Made by a program: the position numbers and the translations under genes. The notes beneath the pieces are model-generated. The model made no database searches, was not told where the DNA came from, and saw only the letters and a program-made list of their open reading frames with translations. 64,000 bases of DNA from a virus (lineage: Duplodnaviria > Heunggongvirae > Uroviricota > Caudoviricetes): positions 64,001-128,000 of IMG/VR virus record IMGVR_UViG_3300021431_002946; one strand, 5' to 3'. Below are positions 10,899-21,239 of the stretch, one piece after another. The stretch's first letter is position 1. Every line of letters begins with the position of its first letter.

Positions 10899-11220
10899 AA
10901 TAATATTTTATAGGTTTTCTATTAAATGAAAAAACAATAAGTGCTAACTGTTTATAATTTTTATATTCTGAGACTGGGACTTTTTCTCCAGTTTCTAAAT
11001 CTCTAAGTCCTAATATTAGTTCACCAGAATCCAGTTTAAATGGAGCAGTTTCTATTAAAACATATGCATAAACAGAATTATCTTGAGAATTTATAAGATG
11101 CTCAAGATTTTTAGCGCAGTTTGTAGTATGCCGCATATCTTCATAATAATTTTTTAAACCTGGATGTTGACGAATCATTCTATTATAAAATTCATCTATA
11201 GTCTCAGTCTTAGTTTTCAT
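10897..11220 (-). CDS. hypothetical protein
   Basis: GGAG RBS on the minus strand; fills an otherwise empty gap. Confidence 0.7.
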   Translation of the reverse strand: MKTKTETIDEFYNRMIRQHPGLKNYYEDMRHTTNCAKNLEHLINSQDNSVYAYVLIETAPFKLDSGELILGLRDLETGEKVPVSEYKNYKQLALIVFSFNRKPIKYY

Positions 11221-11230
11221 ATTTTATATA

Positions 11231-11284
11231 TTATCTCCATAAAAGAGCTACAAGAATCAGTGTAACAGCAATAGCTTCTATCAT
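11231..11284 (-). CDS. 17-aa hydrophobic peptide MIEAIAVTLILVALLWR
   Basis: AGGAG RBS; lies between a sigmaA-like promoter and the 107-aa gene. Confidence 0.5.
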   Translation of the reverse strand: MIEAIAVTLILVALLWR

Positions 11285-11318
11285 ATTAAAATCTCCTGTT
11301 GTTTTTATGTATATTCTT

Positions 11319-11347
11319 ATTTTATCATACAAATTATTATTTGTAAA
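11319..11347 (-). promoter_or_regulatory. sigmaA/70-type promoter
   Basis: Minus strand TTTACA-17 nt (ending TGA)-TAAAAT. Confidence 0.6.
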
Positions 11348-11435
11348 TAAGAATTTTATATTTTTAATAAAGACTATTTAATTATATATAAAAATAAGAG
11401 CTTTAAAAAGCTTAATATATAATAGGAGGAAGTTT

Positions 11436-12419
11436 ATGTATTGTTCAAATTGCGGAACACAAAATATAGATGGAGTAAGATTTTGCGCAGGATGTGGTAA
11501 AGATTTAATGCCGCCTATACAGAATAATACTCCAAGAAAAGCAAATATACTTTGTATAATTGGATTTATCCTTTCGATGTCAGTATTACCGATGCTTTCA
11601 TTTTATTCATTTTCTAATTCAAGTAGTACATCATTTTGGTTATTTTTAACTGCAAGCATAGGTTTAACATTATCTATTATTGGATTTATTCAAGCAAAGA
11701 AGAGAAATCAGAAATGTAGAGGTTTAGGATTAGCTGGTATTATTATTGGTGGTCTTTTTTCTGTAATTTTTATGTATTCAATGTATACAGATTCTCAAGT
11801 TGAAAGAGCTGCTAGAGAAGAAGCAAAGTATACTTATGAAGAAACTGATTATGAAGGATATACTACACGAGAAACAACAGAAGAAACTACTAGTGCAACA
11901 ACTAGAGAGACAACAACTGAAACTACTACAGAACCTACAACTACTACAACAGAAGAAAATATAATACCTTCATTTTCTGAATCAAAGAAAGGTTATACAA
12001 TTACTTCAGTTGGTAATGCAAAGACAGGTACTGTTACATTAGATAAAGGCAATTGGGTAAATTTTATTGAAGCTGGTGGATTTGGTAAAGAAACTGTTGA
12101 GCACGCACAAGCTAAAGATTTAACTGGTGGCTCAATTATTGGATTATTTGTTCTTGACGTACCTTATTCATTAGAAGATCTTACAAAATCTCAAATGGCG
12201 GTAATGGAGCAGAATGGTGGTATTAAAGTAACTGGTGCAAAAGTAAAACTTGGTGGTTATAATGCATATCAGTGTTATTGTCTTTTCCCTGATGGTCAGT
12301 ATTTAGTATGCTGGTATTTCAAAGGTAATGATGGAATGATTAGAAAAGTTACTGTTGAATTTACTGAAGAAAATTATTACGCTTTTGAATTAGTACAAAA
12401 TAATTATAAACTTGATTAA
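11436..12419 (+). CDS. zinc-ribbon / DUF4190-like membrane protein with Thr-rich linker
   Basis: MYCSNCG...FCAGCG, three TM segments with GLGLAGIIIG, Thr/Glu-rich stretch. Confidence 0.75.
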   Translation: MYCSNCGTQNIDGVRFCAGCGKDLMPPIQNNTPRKANILCIIGFILSMSVLPMLSFYSFSNSSSTSFWLFLTASIGLTLSIIGFIQAKKRNQKCRGLGLAGIIIGGLFSVIFMYSMYTDSQVERAAREEAKYTYEETDYEGYTTRETTEETTSATTRETTTETTTEPTTTTTEENIIPSFSESKKGYTITSVGNAKTGTVTLDKGNWVNFIEAGGFGKETVEHAQAKDLTGGSIIGLFVLDVPYSLEDLTKSQMAVMEQNGGIKVTGAKVKLGGYNAYQCYCLFPDGQYLVCWYFKGNDGMIRKVTVEFTEENYYAFELVQNNYKLD

Positions 12420-12592
12420 AAGAAAGTTGATACTTATGGAATTTTTAATACCTGAAGAATTAAAAGATTATGTTGCAATAAAAAATGATAGAATTATCGT
12501 AAAAGCAATTATACCTCAAGAATTATTAAAACCTTTTTACAAATTTACAAAAGATTATGTAGATGCCTATAAAAAATTTAAGCAGGTAAATA

Positions 12593-13267
12593 ATGAGTAA
12601 AAAATTTATTACAAATTATAAAGGTTTTGATATTTTTGCAGAAGATAATAGTGAAGCTGCGTATTGTTGTATAACTGAAAAACAATTTGAAGATGGCTCT
12701 ATTATTAAATTAGAGTCATATCCAAAGATCAATAAATATTCATATTTAGATGAAGCAGTTCAAAAAATTAAGAATGATATTGATTATATTATAGACAGAT
12801 TAACTAAAAATATAGATAGATTTGGTACAACTTATACATATTTAGGTAATATTCCTTTGTATGAAGAACATATACAACTTATGTGTAAAACATTACCAAT
12901 ATTAAATAATTGTCATTTATCTATGATAAAACAAACTAGATGGTCTGAAGATTATGATTTTGAAGATGGATTAACTAAACAATCTTCAACCAATAAAAAA
13001 GATACATATGTTCAATCTTATAAATTAGCATTTATGTATAAGAAATTTGAAATTTGGTTAGAAGTAGCACGAACTTTACAAAATGGAATATATCCAAAAG
13101 ATCCAATTGATTATGTAGAAGAAAATAATATTTATTTTACAATTCGAATTATGTCTAGTCCGTATGAAGATGTTAATAAATTTGAAGAAATAGCAGATGA
13201 AGTTGCAAAAATATTCAGATGTTATTCCATTAAAGAATGGGCAAAAAGTACATTAAAAGGAGAGTAG
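12593..13267 (+). CDS. hypothetical protein
   Basis: ORF of 224 aa. Confidence 0.7.
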   Translation: MSKKFITNYKGFDIFAEDNSEAAYCCITEKQFEDGSIIKLESYPKINKYSYLDEAVQKIKNDIDYIIDRLTKNIDRFGTTYTYLGNIPLYEEHIQLMCKTLPILNNCHLSMIKQTRWSEDYDFEDGLTKQSSTNKKDTYVQSYKLAFMYKKFEIWLEVARTLQNGIYPKDPIDYVEENNIYFTIRIMSSPYEDVNKFEEIADEVAKIFRCYSIKEWAKSTLKGE

Positions 13268-13271
13268 TTAT

Positions 13272-13574
13272 ATGAATAATATAGATGCATATATATTTAA
13301 TTATTTAAAATATACTATAAAATATTCAGATAAGCTAATTGAAAAACAAATGAAAGATTTTGAAAGAAATTTAGATATAAAAGCAGAATTCGCAACTACT
13401 CTTAAATTTGGTTATCCTAAGCAAGATCCAATAACAATAGAAGGTTATACTGCAGAACAATTAGAAGCAATAGGTAAATTATCAATTCTTAGTGCTTATA
13501 ATTATTTGATTTATTTAAGAGAAGAACCAAAAGAAGCATTACGAATAATTAAAAAAGGATTACCTAGAAAATAA
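13272..13574 (+). CDS. hypothetical protein
   Basis: GGAG RBS. Confidence 0.7.
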   Translation: MNNIDAYIFNYLKYTIKYSDKLIEKQMKDFERNLDIKAEFATTLKFGYPKQDPITIEGYTAEQLEAIGKLSILSAYNYLIYLREEPKEALRIIKKGLPRK

Positions 13575-13579
13575 AATAA

Positions 13580-13611
13580 GTACCTAGTCTTAATTGACTA
13601 GGTATTTTTTT
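13580..13611 (+). terminator. intrinsic terminator
   Basis: TACCTAGTC-ttaatt-GACTAGGTA followed by a T run. Confidence 0.75.
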
Positions 13612-13621
13612 ATAAAAATTA

Positions 13622-13650
13622 TTTACAGCAATTATCTTAAATGATATAAT
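13622..13650 (+). promoter_or_regulatory. sigmaA-type promoter
   Basis: TTTACA-17 nt (ending TGA)-TATAAT. Confidence 0.65.
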
Positions 13651-13679
13651 AAATTTATAAAATTTAAGGAGAAAATACT

Positions 13680-14012
13680 GTGAAAAATGCAATCATTAAG
13701 AAAATAAGTGTAGTAATTATTTTAGTTATAATTATTTTTATTCTTTGTGGTTGCGCAAAAGCTATTACTTCTGGTGAAGTAGTAGAGAAAACACATAGAG
13801 ATGCATATTCTACAGTAAGAATAATGGAAATTGATGTAGGCGATGGGCCTTCAACATATATTCCTATTACAGAAAACTATCCTGAATCTTGGTATATTAA
13901 GATTGGCGGATATAATGAAAAAGAAGAATATGTTTATGCAACGTATAGTGTATCAAAAGAAGTATATGATTCTATTAAGATAGGAGATCAGTTTACATAT
14001 ACAAAAGATTAA
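13680..14012 (+). CDS. putative lipoprotein
   Basis: Signal peptide with lipobox-like ILCGC. Confidence 0.65.
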   Translation: MKNAIIKKISVVIILVIIIFILCGCAKAITSGEVVEKTHRDAYSTVRIMEIDVGDGPSTYIPITENYPESWYIKIGGYNEKEEYVYATYSVSKEVYDSIKIGDQFTYTKD

Positions 14013-14081
14013 AAGACTATTTAATATATAATAGAGAGAACGTGTAAAATACCTTAGCAATTTTTGCTATGGTATTTTTTT
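14011..14081 (+). promoter_or_regulatory. CTATTTAA motif + hairpin module
   Basis: AAAAGACTATTTAATATATAATAG, then ATACCTTAGCAA/TTGCTATGGTAT and T run. Confidence 0.6.
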
Positions 14082-14107
14082 ATAACAAAATTAAAAAGGA
14101 GAACAAT

Positions 14108-14635
14108 ATGGATTATTTTGAGCATTTATGTGATAAGATAATTAGTGGTGATATAGTTGATAAGGAATTTGAATTAGATAATAAGTTAATTCAAATAAAA
14201 ACAAGTTATCAATCAAAAGAATTAAAAAATCAATTTGCAGAAATATTAAAAATTTATAAAAATGGTGATAATAAAAATAAAGAAATATCCACTAATATAT
14301 CTATGGAATATAATATGTATTTCAATAAAGAAAAAATGGATGATGATAAATATGTACTCGCAGTAATATCAATAATTTTCTATTATAATAAAAATAAACT
14401 TATATATTTACCAGTACTTCATTCTTTTTATTATTGTAATCATAAATCAATATATCAAAAAGATCCTAACGTTAATAAGTATGTAAATAATTTTAGTTTA
14501 AGCTTTCAAGATAATTTTGAAAATTTAAGATCATGTATTAAATCACTTATATATCATTTTAGTAATTTTGATAAAAATGCATATCCATATTTAGATAAAT
14601 TTATTGAAGAAACTTCAAATTATTTTGAAGTCTAA
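14108..14635 (+). CDS. hypothetical protein
   Basis: AAGGAG RBS before MDYF. Confidence 0.65.
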   Translation: MDYFEHLCDKIISGDIVDKEFELDNKLIQIKTSYQSKELKNQFAEILKIYKNGDNKNKEISTNISMEYNMYFNKEKMDDDKYVLAVISIIFYYNKNKLIYLPVLHSFYYCNHKSIYQKDPNVNKYVNNFSLSFQDNFENLRSCIKSLIYHFSNFDKNAYPYLDKFIEETSNYFEV

Positions 14636-14745
14636 GGAGAATAATTATGAAATACTAATAAAAAATGACGATAAGCTTAAGTTTAATTCAAAGAATGAAG
14701 TAAGAGTTTTTGCTAAAAGATATATAGACGATTAAGGAGATAAAT

Positions 14746-15180
14746 ATGACACTTCAAGAAATAAAAGATTTAAATAACATAAAATATCTAAATGATCCAA
14801 AAGTAGATCCAGTTTCATATATTGAAGAACATAAAGTAAATGATTATTTTATTATTGTAACTGGACCTGCTGGTTGTGGTAAATTTGCAAAATACTATAC
14901 AAAATCAGAAGTAGTTTATAAGTGCGAAAATATTTTACAATTATCTGATTTAATTACAGATTTTGAGTTTAAAGATAAACAACCTACATTTTTACCTTCA
15001 GAATTTGAAAAATGCATAACTACTGGTGGAACTGTAATATTATATGATCTTAATTTATTAAGTGACAACATATTAACATTTTTGCTTGAAATTACTGAAA
15101 CTAACAAAATAGCTACATTACATCCAGATTTTAAGATTATTGGTATTATGACTCCAGGTTATAGATTAAGTAAGTGGTGA
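14746..15180 (+). CDS. short degenerate MoxR/dynein-related AAA domain protein
   Basis: GPAGCGKF P-loop, GGTVILYDLN, HPDFKIIG. Confidence 0.55.
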   Translation: MTLQEIKDLNNIKYLNDPKVDPVSYIEEHKVNDYFIIVTGPAGCGKFAKYYTKSEVVYKCENILQLSDLITDFEFKDKQPTFLPSEFEKCITTGGTVILYDLNLLSDNILTFLLEITETNKIATLHPDFKIIGIMTPGYRLSKW

Positions 15181-15548
15181 TAATTATGACAGAACAAGAA
15201 TATAGAGAAGAATACGATAGAATTCAAAAAGAATATCCAATTATTGAAAAATATATTCCAGTTGCAGATAACTGGAAACCAAATTATCCAGATGATGAAA
15301 TTAGAGCAACAATTATGATTGTATTAAATACTGAATGTGTACATTCTGAAAAACCAAGATTTCATAAATATCATATATTCTTTGATTTTTATAATGCAGA
15401 ATTTAAAAAATTATTTAAAACATATTCTAGTGATGATTTTAGTAAAATTGTACAAAAATACGAAGAATGGCAAGACTATTTAAATAAAATTCCATTTAAT
15501 ATAGAGTTAAAAAAATATCTGTTAAAGGATAATTTTGAATGGGAGTAA
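15174..15548 (+). CDS. hypothetical protein
   Basis: ORF within a gene string. Confidence 0.65.
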   Translation: MVIIMTEQEYREEYDRIQKEYPIIEKYIPVADNWKPNYPDDEIRATIMIVLNTECVHSEKPRFHKYHIFFDFYNAEFKKLFKTYSSDDFSKIVQKYEEWQDYLNKIPFNIELKKYLLKDNFEWE

Positions 15549-16098
15549 AAGTATGAAATTAGAAGAATTTAAAAAAATTAAAGTTGCTTTTAATAAAATA
15601 ATTGATGTAATTAATCATACTAAAATTAATGGTCGATACATTTATATTACAAAGTTTGAGAATAAACATAGAATACTTAAAAATGAACTTGATATACCTA
15701 AAATAAAAACATATGAAGAAACTATTTCATATCATAAAGAACAAGTATTGTATGAATATTATTTTAATTACGAAAGTAGTAGAGAAGAAGAAGTCAAGTT
15801 AAAATTAAATCTTAATATAGATTTTCAACATGATGAATATAAATGCAAAATGTTTGTAAATTATTTAGATAAAGGATATTCTCCATCTATCAAAATAGCT
15901 CCAGTTAATACAACATTATTAGATATTAATATTGATACAAATGATTTTAGTGATTTTATTATAAGATTTGATGATGCTTATTATGATTTAGCGCATATAA
16001 CTATTAATTCAGTTAAAGTATTTAGTAATGATGAAGATGCTATGGCTATTTACGAATCAAAATATGAAATATTAGATAAATTAAATGAGGAGCAATAA
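15535..16098 (+). CDS. hypothetical protein
   Basis: ORF within a gene string. Confidence 0.65.
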   Translation: MNGSKSMKLEEFKKIKVAFNKIIDVINHTKINGRYIYITKFENKHRILKNELDIPKIKTYEETISYHKEQVLYEYYFNYESSREEEVKLKLNLNIDFQHDEYKCKMFVNYLDKGYSPSIKIAPVNTTLLDINIDTNDFSDFIIRFDDAYYDLAHITINSVKVFSNDEDAMAIYESKYEILDKLNEEQ

Positions 16099-16546
16099 AA
16101 TGAGTAAAATAAAAAAAATTAGTAATCCTGAATATGTAAAATATTTACAAAATTTACTTCAAAATCTTGAGTCAGATTATAAAATGCATTTTTTCTCAAA
16201 TAAAGACTCAGAGGATGAAATACCTTATATTGAAGAAGATAGCAGTACATTTGGTAGTCATGAACAAGGCGCAGTTGAATTTTCTTCAGAATATGGAACT
16301 CCAACTTATAAAATGGTATATTGGGTAGAACCTTATTTTGATAATGCAGTTATATTACATGTATATATTAATTGTAATTTTGCAGATACACAATTACATT
16401 TTGAAGAAATTTATACGCCTAGTATTAAAAGATTTAAAACTTTTATGCAAACATCTTTAGTATGTATTGAAAAAGCTGTTTCATTTAGTAAAGAAGAACA
16501 AGATAAAGCACGTAGATTTATTAAATTATTAGACGAGGTAGAATAA
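16085..16546 (+). CDS. hypothetical protein, tandem paralog 1
   Basis: ISNPEY...FGSHEQG...CNFADT. Confidence 0.7.
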   Translation: MRSNKMSKIKKISNPEYVKYLQNLLQNLESDYKMHFFSNKDSEDEIPYIEEDSSTFGSHEQGAVEFSSEYGTPTYKMVYWVEPYFDNAVILHVYINCNFADTQLHFEEIYTPSIKRFKTFMQTSLVCIEKAVSFSKEEQDKARRFIKLLDEVE

Positions 16547-16548
16547 AA

Positions 16549-17013
16549 ATGGGAAGAATTAGTAATCCAGAATTTGCAACATATTTACAAGATTTTCTTC
16601 AAAATGTTCAAAAAATTAGTCCTAATTATCATTTATATTTTAGATCTAATAAAGGTAGCGAAGATATTGGAATTCCATATGTAAAAGAAGATGAAACTAC
16701 TTTTGGTACACATGAACAAGGTTGTGTTGAAATTGAATATCGGAATGATTATACTTTTTATGATGTATCAAAGTATCGATTTTTTTATTGGGTTATGCCT
16801 GAAAGTTCTACACATTGGAGTAATCAACTTATTATAGCTATAGAAGCTGAATGTCATTTTGGTGATACAAATTTAGATTTTACTGAAGAATTTATACCAA
16901 ATATACAAGAATTTAAAACTCGTATGGAAACAATTCTTACTACGATTGAACATGTATTAAGACGTTTTGGAGAAGATACAGACTGTATAGTTAGATTTAT
17001 AAAATTATTATAA
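16549..17013 (+). CDS. hypothetical protein, tandem paralog 2
   Basis: ISNPEF...FGTHEQG...CHFGDT. Confidence 0.7.
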   Translation: MGRISNPEFATYLQDFLQNVQKISPNYHLYFRSNKGSEDIGIPYVKEDETTFGTHEQGCVEIEYRNDYTFYDVSKYRFFYWVMPESSTHWSNQLIIAIEAECHFGDTNLDFTEEFIPNIQEFKTRMETILTTIEHVLRRFGEDTDCIVRFIKLL

Positions 17014-17267
17014 AAGATAAATGAAAATGGCAAAACAGAAGAAAGTTACATTATTAGGACAAGATTTTGAAACTGTTGGCGAATTAATGGAAGCATTATC
17101 AAAACTTCCGCCTGAAACGCCACTTAATCCTTTTGGTTCTTCAAATGCACTTTTATTTTATATTAAAAAAGATAAAAAAGCATATTTAGATGAAGATTAT
17201 GATTGGATTGAAGATGAAGAGATTTATAATGAACTTGAAGATCAAATTGAGTAATTGTAATTAAAAT

Positions 17268-17331
17268 AATACCTAATTCTGAAAAGGATTAGGTATTTTT
17301 ATTTTACAATATAAAACATATAAAATATAAT
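17268..17331 (+). promoter_or_regulatory. terminator followed by a sigmaA-type promoter
   Basis: AATACCTAATTC/GGATTAGGTATT hairpin; TTTACA(17303)-17-TATAAT. Confidence 0.6.
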
Positions 17332-17601
17332 AATTATTAAAATAAAAAAGAAGGTATGAAATATGACTACATTTAATAAAGACGATTTTTATCCAAATGG
17401 TAAGAGTGATCCTCAGATTGATTATAATAAACTTTTGTATATTTTGTTGAGTAGAGGTATTTTATCACCAAGAGATTTTGATTTTATGCTTGGAAAAGAA
17501 TCATTTGAATCTTGGAAAGAATATAATGATGAATATAAACGTTCAATTATTTATAAAATGCTTCAAAAAGGTGAATATACTAAAACGAAAGAAGAATAAA
17601 T

Positions 17602-17967
17602 ATGAAACCTAAATGGTTATATAGATTAGAATCAAAAAATCCAGAAAATGGATTATGGTATAATGCAAATAATGAATTAGTTTGGGGAATTGGAGAAATT
17701 CCTGGTTGTACTACAAAAGATTTACCTATGGATTATGATGAACGTTATCATAAAGATGGATTAAATTGGTTTTCTAGTTGTTCAAAAGAAGAAGATTTAT
17801 CACATTGGTATAGTCTTGAAGATGCAAAACAATTAATTGCAAATGGTTTTGTATTTACTAAATATCTTGCGGTTGATTATGTAGAATATGAACTTGAGAC
17901 AACATTCCTTAAAGAAACTGCATTACAACGAGTTGAATTAAATATTGAGGATATTTGGAAATCTTAA
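17602..17967 (+). CDS. hypothetical protein
   Basis: ORF of 121 aa followed by a terminator at 17966-17995. Confidence 0.7.
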   Translation: MKPKWLYRLESKNPENGLWYNANNELVWGIGEIPGCTTKDLPMDYDERYHKDGLNWFSSCSKEEDLSHWYSLEDAKQLIANGFVFTKYLAVDYVEYELETTFLKETALQRVELNIEDIWKS

Positions 17968-18050
17968 AAAGGTAGTGAAATAAACTACCTTTTTTAGTAA
18001 AAGACAATTTAAATATAATATAGTACTTTTATTGGAGGTAAATTAGAACA

Positions 18051-18731
18051 ATGAGCGATACTCAAATTTTAATTGGAAAATCTGGAAAAGAAAATATATA
18101 TTGGGACTACAAAAAAGATAAAAATCTTTTTATAATTGGTGAAACAGGTTCTGGTGCACAGATTGTTAGAGATACTGTTATAAATGCAATTACAAAATGT
18201 AATATATTAGGAATTATATATGGTATTGATTATACAAAATCTGAACTTGGCCCATGTCAATCAATAATAAAAAATATTTTATATGTAAATACATTAGATG
18301 AAAGTCTTTTTTATCTTGAATTAGAATTAAAAGCAAATAGTACAACTTCACCAATTTTTATTATAATTCCAGATGTTCAATGTTTTTGGTTTGAAGATCT
18401 TGCATATAAAGAAAATAAATTTATTGAATTAAGCAATAGACATGAGAATATACATTTAGTTCTTTGTTCAAGAGCATTTTTTAATACTCGTGCAGACTAT
18501 GCAAAAAAGTATAAAGATAATTCATTATTTGTAATGATAGGTGACTTAAATTTTTATACAAAAGGTTTCTTTTATCCTAATTTATTTGAATTACCTGAAG
18601 TTGATCGAAAAGTACGAGGTGAAGGTATTATAAATATAGATGGTAAGCCTAAAAAATTTAATGCTCAATACGATTTAGCAAAATCTTTATATGATTGGGT
18701 AGACGATTGTGTAGGAGAAAAGAAAAAATGA
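18051..18731 (+). CDS. degenerate FtsK/SpoIIIE-like P-loop domain protein
   Basis: ILIGKSG...IYWD...NLFIIGETGSGAQ (no Walker A Lys), GIDY.K.EL, PIFIIIPD, RGEGII. Confidence 0.6.
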   Translation: MSDTQILIGKSGKENIYWDYKKDKNLFIIGETGSGAQIVRDTVINAITKCNILGIIYGIDYTKSELGPCQSIIKNILYVNTLDESLFYLELELKANSTTSPIFIIIPDVQCFWFEDLAYKENKFIELSNRHENIHLVLCSRAFFNTRADYAKKYKDNSLFVMIGDLNFYTKGFFYPNLFELPEVDRKVRGEGIINIDGKPKKFNAQYDLAKSLYDWVDDCVGEKKK

Positions 18732-18985
18732 AAAAAGAATTAACAGATAAACAAAAAGATATAGTACTAGGTATTATAACAGCTGGAGCTATTTTATATT
18801 TAATTGCAATAATTGTGTTTTTTATTGTTGGTTGGTTTACAATTAAAGCTAGACGCGAGGCAGAGTCTGTAAATCCACCTCCAATTTCTCCAGAAATTAC
18901 AGAAACTGTATTTGGTAATATAATTTAATATTATAAAAATACAAATTAAATTGGGATCATCCTGGTTAACATGGAGATTATATAA

Positions 18986-19465
18986 ATGGAATATAGAATA
19001 GCAACTTATGAAGAAGTTTCAAAACAGTTTGATTGGTTGATTGAAACTCATGAAAATAAAGAAGATTGGACTGCTTGGAAAAATGAATATCTAAGCAATA
19101 TTAAACATGGAATTATGATTCCATATTATGGTTTTATTGGAGAAGATTGTATTTGTGAGGCTTATGCAAATATAAGTAAATATGCAGATTATATTGTTAT
19201 TAAAAGAGATAGACCTTATTTATCTGCTTTTAGAACAAGAAAAGAATATCGAGGTCTTGGATATTTTTCAAAATTATTTGATTTTATGATAAAAGACCTT
19301 AAAGAAAAAGGTTATAAAAGAGTATCAGTTGCAGTTGAATCTACTGAAACTCATAATATTGAAATGTATAAACATTTTGGTTTTAATACTTTTTTATATA
19401 AAGATAGAGAAACTTATGGAGATGGTACTATACATGAAATAGAGTACTATGAAAAACAACTATAA
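18986..19465 (+). CDS. GNAT family N-acetyltransferase
   Basis: RKEYRGLGYFSKL motif A; N...MYKHFGF. Confidence 0.8.
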   Translation: MEYRIATYEEVSKQFDWLIETHENKEDWTAWKNEYLSNIKHGIMIPYYGFIGEDCICEAYANISKYADYIVIKRDRPYLSAFRTRKEYRGLGYFSKLFDFMIKDLKEKGYKRVSVAVESTETHNIEMYKHFGFNTFLYKDRETYGDGTIHEIEYYEKQL

Positions 19466-19479
19466 AGGAGAAAATTATT

Positions 19480-20280
19480 ATGAATATAAAGAAAGGATTA
19501 GCTGCAAGTTTATGTAGTCTTTTATTATTGACTGCAGGTTGTGATAATATGCAACCTATAAATAGTAAAACTGTTGCTTCTCAAGAAACAACAAATGAAA
19601 CCACTAAAATGATTAGTGATACATTTAATAAGACTGTTAATTCTAACATTGTTTCTATTACAGTTATTTCAGGTCCAATGACTTTAGATTTATATAATGC
19701 ATCTGCAAAAACAAAGATGAGTTATTTTGAAGTTATTGTTAGAGATAATAATATTTTTTCAACTAATGATCTTGAATTTGTAAGTGAAAATCCAAATATT
19801 GCAACAATTGAAGTTGATTCTTTAAGTGGAACCTATTTATCTTGTAAAGTTACAGGTAAAGCAAAAGGTTCCACAAATGTTTATATAAAAGCAAAAGATG
19901 GTTCTATTGAGTCTAGTAAGATTGCAATTTCTGTTATAAATACTAAACCAACTCCAAAACCAACTTCTAAAGCTAAAAAGAAAACAAGTAATAATAAAAC
20001 ATCAAATAAAAAGAAAAATAAAAATTCAAAACAAATTGAGCCTTCTCAAAATACAGAATTACCAAAAATTATTGAATTTAGATCATTTACTTATACTGGA
20101 AATTCAGTTTCAGGATTATTACAAGAAGCTTCAAAGCATGTAACATTACAAAAATGTGGTCGTGCAACATGTGTTGGTGGTCCTGGTATTTCATATCAGT
20201 TCAGAAAAGGTACACAATATCTTACTTGGAAAGTACAAGGTGAGCCAAATCAATTTAAGCAAAAAGTAATAATAAAATAA
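19480..20280 (+). CDS. lipoprotein with an Ig-like domain
   Basis: Lipobox LTAGC; SENPNIATI...VTGKAKGSTNV. Confidence 0.65.
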   Translation: MNIKKGLAASLCSLLLLTAGCDNMQPINSKTVASQETTNETTKMISDTFNKTVNSNIVSITVISGPMTLDLYNASAKTKMSYFEVIVRDNNIFSTNDLEFVSENPNIATIEVDSLSGTYLSCKVTGKAKGSTNVYIKAKDGSIESSKIAISVINTKPTPKPTSKAKKKTSNNKTSNKKKNKNSKQIEPSQNTELPKIIEFRSFTYTGNSVSGLLQEASKHVTLQKCGRATCVGGPGISYQFRKGTQYLTWKVQGEPNQFKQKVIIK

Positions 20281-20557
20281 GAAAGGTAAATAAATACAAT
20301 GAGAAAAGACATAATACAAGTAGTTAAAGAATTAAATATGTATATGAGAGAAAATATGGTGCCTGGTGGTGTAGTATATTTAGGATCAGATAATAATACA
20401 TATCAACTTCAAGCTGAATTTAATGATAAAGTTGTATATGATTTTGTTAAAACATATTTACATTATGAAAACTATGACGCAATTTTAAGAGAAGTTAAAG
20501 GTAACAATACAATAATTTACGTAGCAAAATAATTAAATAAAAGGAGAACATAAAAAT

Positions 20558-21226
20558 ATGGGATTTACTTGGAATGTAGAAGAATTAAAACTTAAAAAAG
20601 AACGTGATGCTCATAAAGATTTACAAATTTTTTCTGTAGAGAATTCACTTAGTAGAGATGAAAAAATTGCATTTATTGATTCTAGATTTGATGGACAAAT
20701 GTCTCAATTATTAGATTTATATGATAAATTTCAAGTTGAAAAAGATACTATTAAGAAGGGTGTTGATGGAGATTATAAATTTAATTCATTAAAAGCTTGG
20801 TATACAAAAAATATGAGTGATTTTAAATATTCTGATTATGGTTTAGAAATTTGGGGTATTGGTTGTAATCGTACAATAGATAGACTTATGAATAAACACA
20901 TGTATGATTTATATTCTGATATTGTAGATCAAGTATTCCATCAATTAATTTGGGATTTATATAAAAAAGAAAATAAATGGTTTAAAGAGCATGATGAATA
21001 TAGTATTTTAACAAAGAAATTAATTGATTCAAATATTTTACCATTTTTAGGTATAGAGTATTGGTATGGCACAGGCGGAATTGGAAAGAATGTAAATGGT
21101 AAAACAGTAAAATTTACTTTACTTGAACTTCGTTATCTTTCTGATGCTTGTGATAAGTTAGAAGAAAAAATTAACAGAACTGCTAAAATAATTAAAGCAG
21201 ATTTTGAGAGAACATTTCCTGATTAA
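20558..21226 (+). CDS. hypothetical protein
   Basis: AAGGAG RBS. Confidence 0.7.
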   Translation: MGFTWNVEELKLKKERDAHKDLQIFSVENSLSRDEKIAFIDSRFDGQMSQLLDLYDKFQVEKDTIKKGVDGDYKFNSLKAWYTKNMSDFKYSDYGLEIWGIGCNRTIDRLMNKHMYDLYSDIVDQVFHQLIWDLYKKENKWFKEHDEYSILTKKLIDSNILPFLGIEYWYGTGGIGKNVNGKTVKFTLLELRYLSDACDKLEEKINRTAKIIKADFERTFPD

Positions 21227-21239
21227 AGGAGAATAAATA

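Noticed and set aside
11860-11955. ACA/ACT/GAA-rich repeat-like DNA
   Set aside because: It encodes the Thr/Glu linker of a membrane protein and is not an independent repeat element.
18051-18731. Possible C-terminal partner for the truncated FtsK at 56089
   Set aside because: It has its own pre-Walker A and degenerate Walker A region and no N-terminal HN-S/T/C intein stub.
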